Source: Hormiphora californensis
Lineage: Eukaryota > Animalia > Ctenophora
Direction of reading: 5' to 3'
Assembly: GCA_020137815.1 (NCBI GenBank)
Contig: CM035360.1
Location: forward strand, 5,022,001 to 5,086,000
Length of the DNA: 64,000 nt
In this document: piece by piece, positions 28,095 to 41,185 of the stretch
How the letters are laid out: each line of letters starts with the position of its first letter
Numbering within the stretch: the stretch's first letter is position 1
Made by a program: the position numbers and the translations under genes
The notes under the pieces: model-generated
What the model saw: only the letters and a program-made list of their open reading frames with translations
The model's database searches: none
Told to the model about the DNA's origin: nothing

Positions 28095-28747
28095 TGGTGT
28101 ATAATGATGGCTATTATATAGGATTGTGTCAGCTCCCCCTGGATAGTGAGACTGAGTAGCAACTGTTGTATTGAGAGAAGAGAGAGAGAGAACAGGAAAT
28201 TTTAGCGAAATCTTTTGATGGGGGGAGGTAAAAGATCAAAGGTGTTTACCGACTGGATTACTACATAATATAAGGAAGTTACAAAAACTGCACTATGTTA
28301 TAACTTGGTTTACAATAACTGCTTCAAATATTAGGCATCCATAAGTAGTGCTATCACGTTATGCTATCATTTGGCCGCAACATTTTTAGTACCAATCAAG
28401 ACGTATTTGATCAATCTCTGTTCATTCCTCTCAGAGCATTGGCCTGACAGGTTCATTCTGTTCCCCGTCCAAAATTGCCCCTCATTTCCATAGAAGTGTT
28501 TTTCCACATGGAACCGACAATTACATATAGAACCCGGTAGAACTGCAGCAACTCGAACAAAAAGGAAGTAGGCATCTTAATTTGAGAGCTCGAGTGAGGT
28601 CGAAGGGCATTGGGTTGGGATCTCTCTCTCTCCCTCTCTCCATTTGTCAACTATCTCGATCCATAGATCAGCCTCATATACCACAAGCAGTAAGGCAGGA
28701 AGTCACTCGAATAAGAGGTCCCCTCTCTCATTCCCTCTCTCCCTCTC

Positions 28748-28787
<40 letters not shown>

Positions 28788-28854
28788 CCTCTCTCTCTCC
28801 CTCTCTCTCCCTCTCTCTCCCTCTCTCTTTCTCTATCTCTCTCGCTCTCTCTTC

Positions 28855-28892
<38 letters not shown>

Positions 28893-28952
28893 CCTCTCTC
28901 TCCCTCTCCCTCTCCTCTCTCTCCCTCTCTCTCCCTCTCTCCTCCCTGCTAT

Positions 28953-29005
<53 letters not shown>

Positions 29006-30544
29006 TCCTCTCTCTCTCCCTCTCTCTCTCCTCTCTCTCCTCTCTCTCTCCTCTCCTCTCTATCCTCTCTCTCTCTCTTCTCTATCTCTCTCTCTCTCTA
29101 TCTCCCTATTCTCTCTCCCTCTCTCTCCCTCTCTCTCCCTCTCTCTCTCTCCCTATCTTCTCTCTCTCCCTGGCTCAGTTCCGGTAGAGATCAATTGCAC
29201 ACGTGTGTAAGGTGTATAACATAGAGGGGGCTCATGCTCACTATTATAACACGTGCCCATATATGTGTTCCTCAAATGTCACGTGGGGTGCATGTCCCTT
29301 CTATCCTTGATTATCCCAGCCCTCTCTGCAGTCAAAACAGGGTCCAAAAAAGTTTTCGATATGGGAAACTGATCATACACAGAACATTATGGCACGTCAA
29401 ATAACACAACTATGCATCCTCGGACGATAATCGTGTGCATGTGATCAACTGCATCTCAGGAGGTGTCAGGGGGAAGCTGCAGATAGCAATCACACTTTAT
29501 GAAGTTACTGGTGACCGGACTGATATAGTGATAAAGCCACCCGACTTCCCATGAAATAGACGTTGGTAAAAGTCCCTCTCCCTCTCCCTCTATCTCTCTC
29601 TATCTCACTCTCTCTCTCTCTCCCTATCGCAGATCTCCGATGGCTTCACTCCAGTGTCATCTTTATAGGAGTTCACGTAACTCGGTTTACACACACAATA
29701 AACATCGCCTACCAGCTACTGCTATAGGTCTAGAATCAATACGACGTCTAGCAGCCGAGTGCCGACATAAAACCCTAGTAACTACAACTAAACAAGTCAT
29801 GACTTATTGTAGTTGTTAGTGACAAGTGTCAAGTACTACTTGTCAAGTAGTGACAATATGTTCCCGTATATTGCTGCATTATCTGCAGAAGGGTGCCCGA
29901 AACCAGCCAAACGGTGTCACGGGAAACATGCTGAATCAATCACAGAATATAGCACTTTTACAATTGTGTTCTATCAGTTGTAACAGAATGATAATTTTCA
30001 ATGTTTCATAGTGTATCATGAGCTGCCCAGCTATAGGTGTTTCATGAGGCGTTCCGTGGAAGTTGGAGCTAATTGAATCTAAATATATTTCTATTCTAAA
30101 TGTATCTAAATCTATTGTTATTCTAAATGTCTTATCTATATTATAAAGCAGAGAACCTTGCAAGACAAAATTTGGGGGAGGGGGTTTTAGGGTTTGCACG
30201 TGGAAAATTGACGTGTTGTTAGGGATGTTGGTTGGTGGGGGGTTCTGGGGAGTTGCCATGATGGTGGGCAAGAGTTTAATACTGCACGTGCATGTTGTTG
30301 GGTGTTTTATTGCGTGTTCCTGTCGTGTTTTGTGGTGCTTGGCCATCTACTGCTGCGGCCCCGATGAATGCCTCAGCTTTTCTACCAATTCGTATCCCAG
30401 CTTTAATAACTCTACACAGCTCCAGTTCTACGGATCTTTATCACCTGATTCGGTATGTTCTTCAGCTGCAGTACTCTAAAGACTTCCCTGTACCAGCTTC
30501 CATTATATTCACCAGCCCGATATGAAGACGGCGACAGAGAGAAA

Positions 30545-30643
<99 letters not shown>

Positions 30644-32040
30644 AGGGAATCGAATGATGGGGTGAGAGGGATAGAGAGAGAGGGGGATAGGGGATAGATG
30701 GAGACTATCCATTGGAGAGGGGACAGGGAAAGAGAGGGAGATGGAGAGGGGGAGAGAGAGACATGGAGACGGGGGGGGGGGTTGTTGTAGGACTCCAATT
30801 GGCTGTAAGGGGGTTATGGGGTGACTTGGTCAACATAGCGGGGGCGGGGGGAAGGAGGGTGTTGAGGAATGAGTATTCAATAATGTGGGGCGAGAGCAGT
30901 CAGTAGATATTGAGAGAATTCGATAGGGGTGTGGGAGTCAGTAGGGGGCGAGAGTAGTTTTGGGTCTTTTGCCTGGGCTCTCTAGTTCTCCTAAATTTAA
31001 AATGCTAACTTTGGGAAAGTGCCCAAAATTAAAACACCTGCACTATTATATATGGTGCTCTTCAAACAGTGCAGGTTGCATGATCTCGCAAGAGAAACTA
31101 AGTAGTAATGATCAGTATGACAGCAATTTATTATACAGAATAAAGCTACAGATATGCGCTCAGTAAAGCAATGGAAGTTCATTCATTCTACTGCATGCAG
31201 TGCGATGGACGATGGTTCTTCTTATCCTGCATACTTTTATCACACAGCTTTTATCACGGTACGTGCAGCACCATTTGCTTCCTGCTGAACACGTATCAAT
31301 GAGATTATAGAAAAAGAGAGGAGACGAGAGAGAGAGAGGAGGCTCGAGAGAGAGGAGAGGAGAGAGAGAGAGAGAGCGAGAAGGGAGAAGAGAGAGAGAG
31401 AGCTCTCTCTATCTCTCGAGAGAGCCCTCTCTCTCTCGCTCTCTCCTCTCTCTCTCTCTCCTCTCTCTCCCTCTCTCTCTCTCTCTCATCTCTTCCTATC
31501 TCTCTCTCTCTCTCACTCTCACCTCATATCATGCTCATGGTTGTGCAGCACTACTAAGATGCTTCCTTCTTGAGTGACTGCAACTCCCTTCTCATGCACC
31601 CGTTTCCTCAACTCGAAATGATAATGTTAGAAATACCATACTCCCAACCTAGTTTTATAATGAGCTTATTATCGTGTTATTTTACCTTATTTTTACTTTA
31701 TCATACATAAATTCAGGTTCAAATAAGGTTTATAACCCAGAACATGAGTGGCTTTTAGGGGGCGATCGGATCTCCTAACATCTCTCTACCGACAATATTT
31801 TCACTCTCCCATGTTTATTCTCAAAGAGGGCCCCATGTGCAGTTGGTAATGAAATTGCCCCTCCGCACAAGCAATACTAGGCGTGACTTCGTTCTAACAT
31901 GTGCAGAGCGGAAGTTATAAACCTTACTAAAATGTGCCAAATAGCATGTGTATGGACCACGTTGGATGCCCTCAAAGGGGCCAAAACGTGTCTTTTGTGG
32001 AGTAACAGGAAAGGGTCGAACTATGTCTTAACCCTCCTTT

Positions 32041-33393
32041 TAGGCCAGTCATATGACGTCGATATATCGCTGAAAAAGGAAGTAATTGATCTAAAAGCGA
32101 TTCCACTTCCAGGGCCCTCCAATGGGTCTCTACAACCACCAAAAAAATTTACCGCGGGTACCGCGATGGAGAAATCGGTCATTTCCGGGTTTATTTTGCA
32201 CCTGCATAAATATAGGCTAGGACGAATGCGATATACGGTAAAAACCGTCTTTGGAAACATGTAGAAAAGAAATCAAGGGCACTAAAGTGTGTAGCGTCCT
32301 CGCATTAGTGGGGGTAGGTGCTGGAATTAAGTCTCTATCTTATCAGGTTAATTAGATAATTGGATAATTAGATGGGCACATAGCCGTTTTATGGTTATAC
32401 GGTAAAAACCATATTTGGAAAGGAGTAGAGGAAAAACCGAGGGTACTAGAGTGATCAGCGTCCTCGAATTAGTGGGGGTAGGTACCAAAATTAAGTTCCT
32501 ATCTCATCGCGTTAATTAGATAATTGGATAATTAGGTATGCACATAACCGTTTTTAGGTTACATGGCTATAGCCACTTAGGAATGGTTTAGAGACTTTTC
32601 ATTGGTGCCATTTTGTAGGCAATAGCCAAGTTATGGGGGGTCGACGTCGGACTTTTAAGCTCTATATTCAACCGTTTAGCCGTTATTTGGCATATAAGGT
32701 GCTCAAAATGAGCAAAAAAGCGGTAAAAAGACCGATTTTGAGCACCTTTAAAGCCATATAACGGCTAAATGGTTGAATATAGAGCTTAAAAGTCCGACTT
32801 CGACCCCCCATAACTTGGCTATTGCCTACAAAATGGCACCAATGAAAAGTCTCTAAACCATTCCTAAGTGGCTATAGCCATGTAACCTAAAAACGGTTAT
32901 GCGCATACCTAATTATCCAATTATCTAATTAACACGATGAGATAGGAACTTAATTTGGGTACCTACCCCCACTAATTCGAGGACGCTGATCACTCTAGTA
33001 CCCTCGGTTTTTTCTCTACTCCTTTCCAAAGATGGTTTTTACCGTATAACCATAAAACGGCTATGTGCGCATCTAATTATCCAATTATCTAATTAACCTG
33101 ATAAGATAGAGACTTAATTCCAGCACCTACCCCCACTAATGCGAGGACGCTACACACTTTAGTGCCCTTGATTTCTTTTCTACTTGTTTCCAAAGACGGT
33201 TTTTACCGTATATCGCATTCGTCCTAGGCTATCTTTATGCAGGTGCAAAATAAACCCGGAAATGACCGATTTCTCCATCGCGGTACCCGCGGTAAATTTT
33301 TTTGGTGGCTGTAGAGACCCATTGGAGTGCCCTGGAAGTGGAATCGCTTTTAGATCAATTAGTTCCATTTCACAACGTCATATGACTGGCCTA
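32041..33393. mobile_element. foldback-type element: ~670-bp inverted arms with internal tandem modules
   Basis: TAGGCCAGTCATATGACG...CGTCATATGACTGGCCTA; arms meet at ~32714-32740; each arm has two related ~165-bp modules. Confidence 0.85.
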
Positions 33394-33732
33394 TTTACAA
33401 TTATACAGAAGAGCAGGGGGGGGGGTCAAACTTGGCATGAATAAACAAAGAAACCCGTGATAGGTCGAGAGAAAGAGGGAAACTGGAGAGATATAGACTA
33501 TATATAGAGGGAGGGAGAGTGGGTAAGATCGAAAAAAGAGGTGAAAAAAGCTCCAAGGATATTGTATTAAATATGCACTGAACTGCTGTAGACATCACCC
33601 ACTCACTTCATACACACACAACACCCACACACATGACCAAGCCTGTACGACAGGTTATTGATCACCGGCTGTATTGCAGCACGAGAGAGCCGTCACTAGT
33701 ATCGTGCAAGGATCCGAAGATCATGATAACAA

Positions 33733-33883
33733 TTAATATGACGTGATCAACTGCTATAGCCCAACTGTTCATTCTGAGAATTCTGATACAAAGATATTAT
33801 TTGCCGTACTGGCAAATAATATCTTTGTATCAGAATTCTCAGAATGAACATTTGGGCTATAGCAGTTGATCACGTCATATTAA
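33733..33883. repeat. 151-bp near-perfect palindrome
   Basis: TTAATATGACGTGATCAACTG...TTTGCC-GTACT-GGCAAA...CAGTTGATCACGTCATATTAA, one mismatch. Confidence 0.92.
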
Positions 33884-34740
33884 AAAAGCTCCCATGGCCC
33901 GGAAAACGCACCAATTCACGAAACACTTTACAACAATTGTGTAGCCAGAGAAAATTACAAAAACTACCAACCGGCACGACAAAAATAGAGATGCTGGAGA
34001 GATGCCAGGTGCTATAAATTCGACAATTGAAGAAACGCCAACACGCTTGACAGAAGAAGGGATGGGAGGAGGGTAATGTGTGGAATTCACACACACACAA
34101 CGTCACCACTAACGAGATGCTGAGTTACACTGTGGCCAATGTGGCGCTAACATAATTCATTCCTCTTTATCATGTATGAGAGAGTAGTAATAAAGAGTTC
34201 TCTTCTGTATTATTATAATAGAGACAAGATTCTCTCGAGAGATGCCTGAAAAGTTTTCTATCCGGAGTTTCATAGCAAAACCCGGATGGGAAAAGTCTGA
34301 AAATAGTATCCTGAGAATATGTTTTAAAAACGTACGAGGTTTTAATACCCAGCTGAGCTGAGAAAGGGAAAGTTCAGCAGCCGTGACTCCAGCTTGTACT
34401 AGGGTAAATGGAATATTGGGAACTAAACGGAGTGAATATTTTAAAGAAATGGCGTAACTGCAGCAAGAACAATGCAATTTTCACGTACTTTGAGGTTTAT
34501 TTCCATACAAGGGTATAGTTAACTTTCTAAAACCACAACCACCTTCTTTTTCACGCAGCACGTTGCTGCAGTTGACAGATCATGGGGGAAGCAGAAGCGG
34601 TACGATATTGGGTAATACCCATGGAAACGGGGAGGTGCACAAATTTCTCAAATACCAACACTGATATGAGCAGCTGAACTTTCTCTCATGATTTTGTTGA
34701 CAGTTACTTTTCTAGTACTGTACTTTTTACTTATCTTGCC

Positions 34741-34880
34741 ATATGTAACATATACATATATGTAACATATACATATATGTAACATATACATACTTATCTT
34801 GCCATATGTAACATATACATATATGTAACATATACATATATGTAACATATACATATATGTAACATATACATATATGTAAC
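34741..34880. repeat. minisatellite ATATGTAACATATACAT-type tandem
   Basis: Visible tandem copies, interrupted once by ACTTATCTTGCC. Confidence 0.85.
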
Positions 34881-34987
34881 AGCTGACCATATTATATGCG
34901 AATTACTGACTGTCAAGATTTATATCGATAACAGTTATCGATATAAATCTTGACAGTCAGTAATTCGCATATAATATGGTCAGCTGT
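34879..34987. repeat. 109-bp perfect palindrome
   Basis: ACAGCTGACCATATT...GATAAC-A-GTTATC...AATATGGTCAGCTGT. Confidence 0.92.
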
Positions 34988-36166
34988 AAAAGAGAAGGAG
35001 AGAGAGAGAAGTTTTAAGAAGTGACTGGAAGGCGAAGAAAAACACCTACAATCAATAATCTTAGACTTAGTCGGTATTATACGAAACGGCAACATGAACA
35101 AACGATTAAGGAGCCACTGACAGGCGTTCATTTAGCCAGTTCCTAGTATAGAAAATGGGTCTGAAACGTATCAACGTTGGACAAGTTTCAGTTTCAACCA
35201 TAGAGCTAGACTGCAGACTCTTATCTGAATCTCAGTAGTAGGTACGTTCTACTTATTTGAAAACGAAACTGAGAGAACAACGCAAAAAGAGAAAACGGCA
35301 AATTACACACAGAAATAATAACGACAAATTCATTGTACTACTGCTGCAGCCTGCACACGCTGCTATAACTGTGTACTACATATCACACACACAATGTAGC
35401 CACACTGTCGCCATTCAGTTCGCGTTAGAGATAACGCGTGGTACATTCACATACCGAATTCACAATTTAATTGCAAGAGTGGCATTTTAAAATATTTGAA
35501 GTGTGACCTTTCCCGATTGAAGTTGGACCTGAGGAACATTGCAAGTTGGACTTGTGGAATGTGGGATACTTGTTGGGCGAGGGCAGAGATCTCCTTGCCC
35601 TGGCAGCATTGCAGCAACTCGTGGTGAATCTTATTTCCATCTTGTAGTGAAAGAAGCGGGTGATATAGAGCTGGAGTCGAGCCATGACCTTGTTGACCTA
35701 CTGACTACTCTTCTAGGTGTCACAGTAGGCAGTTTGACGTCAATCACAAAGGTTAAAGCCCTCCCTCTCCCCCTCCTGGCCCTCTCTCTCCAAGATATTT
35801 TAGCACTCTCCTTGTACATATCCCTTGTACGCACTCTGTGCCCCTCTGTTATACCCTCCCACGTTATCACCACAGGCACCCAAATAGCAAAGAAAGGCGC
35901 GCGTAATTTGTTTTGCGCGTAGCAATGTGCGCCGCGCGCGACCGTGTGAAGTTTAAATTTGAGAATTTCAAAATTTCGCAAATCATCAAAATTTAAAATT
36001 TTTAATTTCTTGTAACGTCGTCGATTTTCAATAAAGTCTTGCCTTTCGGCTTTTTCTCACTCAGACAAAGATGTATACACTTCTTCTTCTCTAAAAGAGT
36101 GAACTAGCTAGACAGACCAATGGCTTCTGGACTCTGGGCTCTCAGACCCCGGATCTGGGGGCTGGG

Positions 36167-36594
36167 CAGGGCTGGCTCCAGCCCGATATTTCTGGGGGGG
36201 TGGAGTGGCCGAGGGCCACTGTTCCCTAATAGTAGCATATGCGACCGGAGCGCCCGAAGGGCGCGTAGGGAGCTCCGCCGGGGGGGGTTTAGGGGTCCAG
36301 GGGGCCAAACCCCCTGAAATTTTTTACTAAATAAAGCAAATTCTAGGGGTTTTAATCATTTGTGACGTCTACTTTCTAGATTTATGAATGCTACAAAATA
36401 CTCTCTCTCCCTCTCTCTCACTCAGTGATGTTCACTAGGTGATCTGTCAAAAATTCCTGAAATTTTACTAAAATTTTTGTATATTTGGGGTGGTTTCCCG
36501 ATCCAAATGGTCTCAGACAGTCTTGGCAGCTTCGCTGTCAAGAATTTTTGGGGGGGTGCGCACCCCCTGCACCCCCCACCTGGAGCCAGCCCTG
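36167..36594. mobile_element. hAT-type MITE
   Basis: TIR CAGGGCTGGCTCCAG / CTGGAGCCAGCCCTG; 8-bp TSD GGGCTGGG at 36159-36166 and 36595-36602. Confidence 0.88.
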
Positions 36595-36924
36595 GGGCTG
36601 GGCTCTGGCAGCCCTGGCGGCTGGCTCGCCGAATCAGTGAATGTATAAACTATAAAATACACGACAACGGACAACGACTTTGAATTTATTGATTCTCAAT
36701 TAATCAAAATCACATATCTCTAACCCACACTTATATTTCACAGTTCATGTCAACTACATCTGCAAGTTCAATCTCACCATCAAATTGTACACCGTACCTG
36801 CAGTATCTACACCATCATCTACATCTGCATCACACGGCACGGGCAACCATCCAAACTCAGTTGATCATCTCCTATCCAATCCGTTTTCAAATCGCTGCCA
36901 AGCGAGGCATTATCTGAGTAGTAG

Positions 36925-37330
36925 TTGTCAACGAGAAAGGTGAGCTGGAAGAGCGTGAGTGGTAGCAGAGGAGCAGCCGGGGTTCATGAAGAGTTAAAGA
37001 AGGCATTGTTATCCCTGGGCGATGTTACTATTGTTGGTGTCTCGTTCGATGGAGCAACATGTCGGGATGTGATCGGGGCCTTTCTGGACGTATCCGTGCT
37101 GATGTTCCAACGACCGTAAACGTGCAATGTGCTGCTCAGAGGACACAGGTGCAGTGTAATCTAGTACTGGAACAGGGCCTCAGGGATGTCACCGAAGTTG
37201 AGGAGCTAGCACTCTACCTTGCCCAACTGAGTAAGTTTTTCCGATCGAGTCATGTAACGACCCATGCTCTGGGAGGCATCACCCGTCCGCCTGAGGCTGG
37301 GAAGACGAGATGGAATACACAATATAGGTT
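36925..37330 (+). pseudogene. degraded hAT transposase fragment
   Basis: VSFDGA, CAAQ..CNL (CxxH-like) and TRWNTQY motifs spread over broken frames. Confidence 0.6.
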
Positions 37331-37364
37331 GGGATAGATCGCTGCACAAGTTGGGAAAATGGAA

Positions 37365-37837
37365 TCGGTGTATTGGCCCCAGGGTCAGAAAAATCTTCCG
37401 CTTCAGCTCAAGGAACTATTACACTGGTGTGCCTCATCCCATCTTTCCCTTATTCTCACAGGTGACTTCAATGCTCATCACTCTAGCTGGGGAAACTCCA
37501 CAAATGTAAGAGGGATACAACTCAGAGACCTCCTTGACTCCCACCAAGTGTCAGTAGTTAATACTCCAGGTACCATCACAAGGGAACAAGGTTCAAGCCA
37601 GTCAACATTGGACCTCACAATTGTCAGCAACGACCTTTTAAGGAAGTTGTGTAACTGGCAAGTATCATCCTCAAGAAATGGCTCAGACCACTACCCAATT
37701 TCATTCGACCTCAATAAGCATCAAGATCATCCAGGGAATGCTACTTCATCTAAAAAGATCATCAGGACAGAAATAGAGGTGATGAAAGCCAATCTTGCCA
37801 CTGAGTTAAACATCCACTCACTCAAACCTGCTGAATA
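37365..37837 (+). pseudogene. non-LTR retrotransposon apurinic (APE/EEP) endonuclease fragment
   Basis: ILTGDFNAHHSSWG, STLDLT and GSDHYPI motifs. Confidence 0.85.
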
Positions 37838-38751
37838 ATAGGTTGGGATATATCGCTGCACTTGGGAAAATGGAAACAGAAAGAACTGGTTATGGGAAGT
37901 TTGATTCAACAACACGTGCCAAGTGTGTTGAAGAAACAGACACAGAAAAATATATGGTCTGGTACCGGGTATAACAACTTCTCCCGTATATCTGAAGACC
38001 TCGAGAGGCATGCCTCAACCAAGAACCATATAGCTGCTGCGGTTAATTTCAAAAAGGTTTTGAAGAGGACTTACGAATCTGAACAGGGAACCATCCAACA
38101 CATGAACGCGGAAAACATAGTAGAATACAATCTAGAGGTGGAGAAAACCGGATCTCAAAATGATGTTTGAAGTTGCTATAAAGCTGGGCATCCTGGCATC
38201 ACTGCTGTCTAAATCTTCTAAAGGGCACGTCGGGGGGGTTCCAACCTATTTGTTGTACGTTTGTACGGAAAAAAACAAGCCTTTCCTCAAACAAAAAAAT
38301 ACAAAAAAATACAAAAAAGTACAAAAAAGTACAAAAAAATACAAAAAAATAAAACGGGGTATAAATGATTAAACAAAGCTTTTCTGATCGTTGAAACTTT
38401 AGTTTATGATCATAAATGTGTCATAAATTCCTATTAAACTGTGGTTTCATACAAAATTAGCAACTTTTTCTTATAATTGGAAGATAAAACATGTTTTAAT
38501 CATGTTTTAATTGTTCTTTATCAAAACACAAGGAAATATTCTATTCAAAATTTCCGAAATCTGAATCAATGATGTTTACTTTTTTGAATTTCGAATGAAA
38601 GATAATAAATACACGACAAACGTTCCTAGGTGGTACATTGGTACAAAAGGAACCCGTCCATGAACTTTTACTAGGCACCCACCTCCATAATTTGTTGTAC
38701 TTTTTTGTACTGTTTGTACGAAAAATCGGAATTTCTAAGAGAGAAATATTT

Positions 38752-39702
38752 TTGAATCGCAATTTCTAAGCGAGAGAAATTTTCCCGAATCGCAATTTCT
38801 TACCGAGAAAATTTTCTCGAGTCGTATTTTCTAAGCGAGAAATTTACCCGAATCGCATTTTCTTACCGAGAAAATTTTCTCGAATCGTATTTTCTAAGCG
38901 AGAAATTTACCCGAATCGCAATTTCTTACCGAGAAAATTTTTTCGAATCGTATTTTCTGAGCGAGAAATTTCCCCGAATCGCAATTTCTTACCGAGAAAA
39001 TTTTATCGAATCGTATTTTCTAAGCGAGAGAAATTTTCCCAAATCGCAATTTCTTACCGAGAAAATTTTCTCGAATCGTATTTTCTAAGCGAGAAATTTC
39101 CCCGAATTGTAATTTCTTACCGAGAAAATTTTCTTGAATCGTATTTTCTAAGCGAGAAATTTCCCCAAATCGCAATTTCTTACCGAGAAAATTTTCTTGA
39201 ATCGTATTTTCTAAGCGAGAAATTTCCCCGAATCGCGATTTCTTACCGAAAAAATTTCTCGAATCGTATTTTCTAAGCCAGAAATTTCGCCGAATCGCAA
39301 TTTCTTACCAAGAAAATTTTCTCGAATCGTATTTTCTAAGCGAGAAATTTCCCCGAATCGCAATTTCTTACCGAGAATATTTTCTCGAATCGTATTTTTT
39401 AAGCAAGAAATTTCCCCGAATCGCAATTTCTTACCGAGAAAATTTTCTCGAATCGTATTTTCTAAGCGAGAAATTTCCCCGAATCGCAATTTCTTACCGA
39501 GAATATTTTCTCGGATCGTATTTTCTAAGCGAGAAATTTCCCCGAATCGCGATTTCTTACCGAAAAAAATTTCTCGAATCGTATTTTCTAAGCCAGAAAT
39601 TTCCCCGAATCGCAATTTCTTACCGAGAAAATTATCCCGAATCGTATTTTCTAAGCGAGAAATTTCCCCGAATCGCAATTTCTTACCGAGAAAATTTTCT
39701 CG
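38752..39702. repeat. 63-bp satellite (dimer of ~31/32-bp subunits), ~15 copies
   Basis: Unit CGAGAAATTTCCCCGAATCGCAATTTCTTACCGAGAAAATTTTCTCGAATCGTATTTTCTAAG; gives the 21-aa repeat in the ORF track. Confidence 0.93.
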
Positions 39703-39786
39703 TAATTGTAACGGTAATCTGAATCAATGATTTTGTTTTTTTAGAATTTTAAAAACGTGTACTTTTACACACTTTTTTAGTATGTA

Positions 39787-40659
39787 CAGTCGGACCCCGA
39801 TTTAACGGCAACCTCGGGGGAAAGGGTTTTGTCCGTTAAATCGGGGTGTCCGTTAAATCGGGGTAGAGCATATTTGGCCCATATAACCCTATTTTTGTCC
39901 AAAATACTATACTAAATCACCTCTAAGTAAATACAATGTCCATGTATTGATTACATGATCATTTCTGATTAGAAAAAGAAAATATTTTAAAAATTTTTTA
40001 AAAAAAGTTATGAAAATTTTCTAAGGTACGTGTACTGGTATACCAACCATGTCCGAATCGTATATCGAATCAGTGCATCTTATCGCATGTCTTGCTGCTA
40101 ATTAGATGGTTCGAAACGAACCGATACGTGATACCATGCCGAATTGGGGCACTTTAAGCGGGGTGAGGAAGAATTCGAATTTCAAAATATATTTTTCTCT
40201 GAAAATTCATGGGGAGCATCGATCAAAGCATTGACAATCATTCTGTAAAATTTTCCAAAGAAAAGTTATGAAATTTTTTCAAAGATATATCAACCACGTC
40301 CGAATCGTGTTTCGAATCAGTGCATCTTATCGCACGTCCTGTCGCTAATTAGACGGTTCGAAACGAACCGATACGTGATCCCCATGGGGCCAGTATAACA
40401 AGCGTCAAAATTGCGACTCGATTGGCCTCACGGGGATCACATATCTGTTCGTTTCGAACCGTCTAATTACGGGTAAGACCTGCAATAAGATGCACCGATT
40501 CGAAACACGATTCGGACGTGGTTGAAACACCTTTGAAAAATTTTCAAAAAATTTTCAAAAAATTTTCAAAAAATTTTTCAAAAATTGTTGGGGGAAGCTT
40601 ATCCTGCCGTTAAATCGGGGTGCCGCTAAATCGGGGGCCGTTAAATCGGGGTCCGACTG
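39787..40659. mobile_element. pogo/Tigger-like MITE (long form), nested
   Basis: TA|CAGTCGGACCCCGATTTAACGG...CCGTTAAATCGGGGTCCGACTG|TA; repeated TAAATCGGGG subterminal motifs. Confidence 0.88.
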
Positions 40660-41185
40660 TATGTACTTTCAGCAGGAAAATGGATGACATGACAATGGAA
40701 CTAAAAACGTTCATATATATAATAGGTGGTACATGAACATAAACGGAACCCAGCTATGTATTATTTATACTTTTATCAGGCACCCACATCCTTCATTATT
40801 TTTTTGTATTTTTTTGTATTTTTTTGTATTGTTTGTATGGAAAAAAACAGGAATTTCGGATACTTTTATGTATGGTCCGTACAAAACCGTACAAAACCGT
40901 ACAAAAAAATAGGTTGGAACCCCCCCGGCACGTCTTTCGACTCAGTTCTCTAAGAAATGAGTTAGTGTATTTCAGGAGCTGTAACGGTTTGCCAGACAGT
41001 GCACCACTTGTTATTATTAGGTGTAATCTAGTATTGGAACAGGGCCTCAAGGATTGAGGCTAAACATTAACAGCGTCCCTTGCACCTCAAGAAGATCTCC
41101 CGGGGACTTCCCCTAGAGACGTCCGAAGGTGCTAGAGATGCCGTAATAAAACGTTATGATTTAATTAAATAATATTTTTTGTAGG

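Larger units (their letters stand above)
38232..40926. mobile_element. non-autonomous DNA transposon (MULE/Merlin-like) containing a satellite and a nested MITE
   Basis: TIR GGGGGGGTTCCAACCTATTT / AAATAGGTTGGAACCCCCCC; 8-bp TSD GGCACGTC at 38224-38231 and 40927-40934; inverted AAAATAC subterminal repeats. Confidence 0.82.

Noticed and set aside
31899-33444. Paired ORFs on both strands
   Set aside because: Mirror images from the foldback arms with no recognisable domain.
39211-39678. 21-aa repeat protein ORF
   Set aside because: Translation of the 63-bp satellite; the frame is broken by indels in neighbouring units.
38752-39702. CRISPR-like periodicity
   Set aside because: No unique spacers or cas genes; eukaryotic tandem satellite. 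The same applies to 23201-23355.
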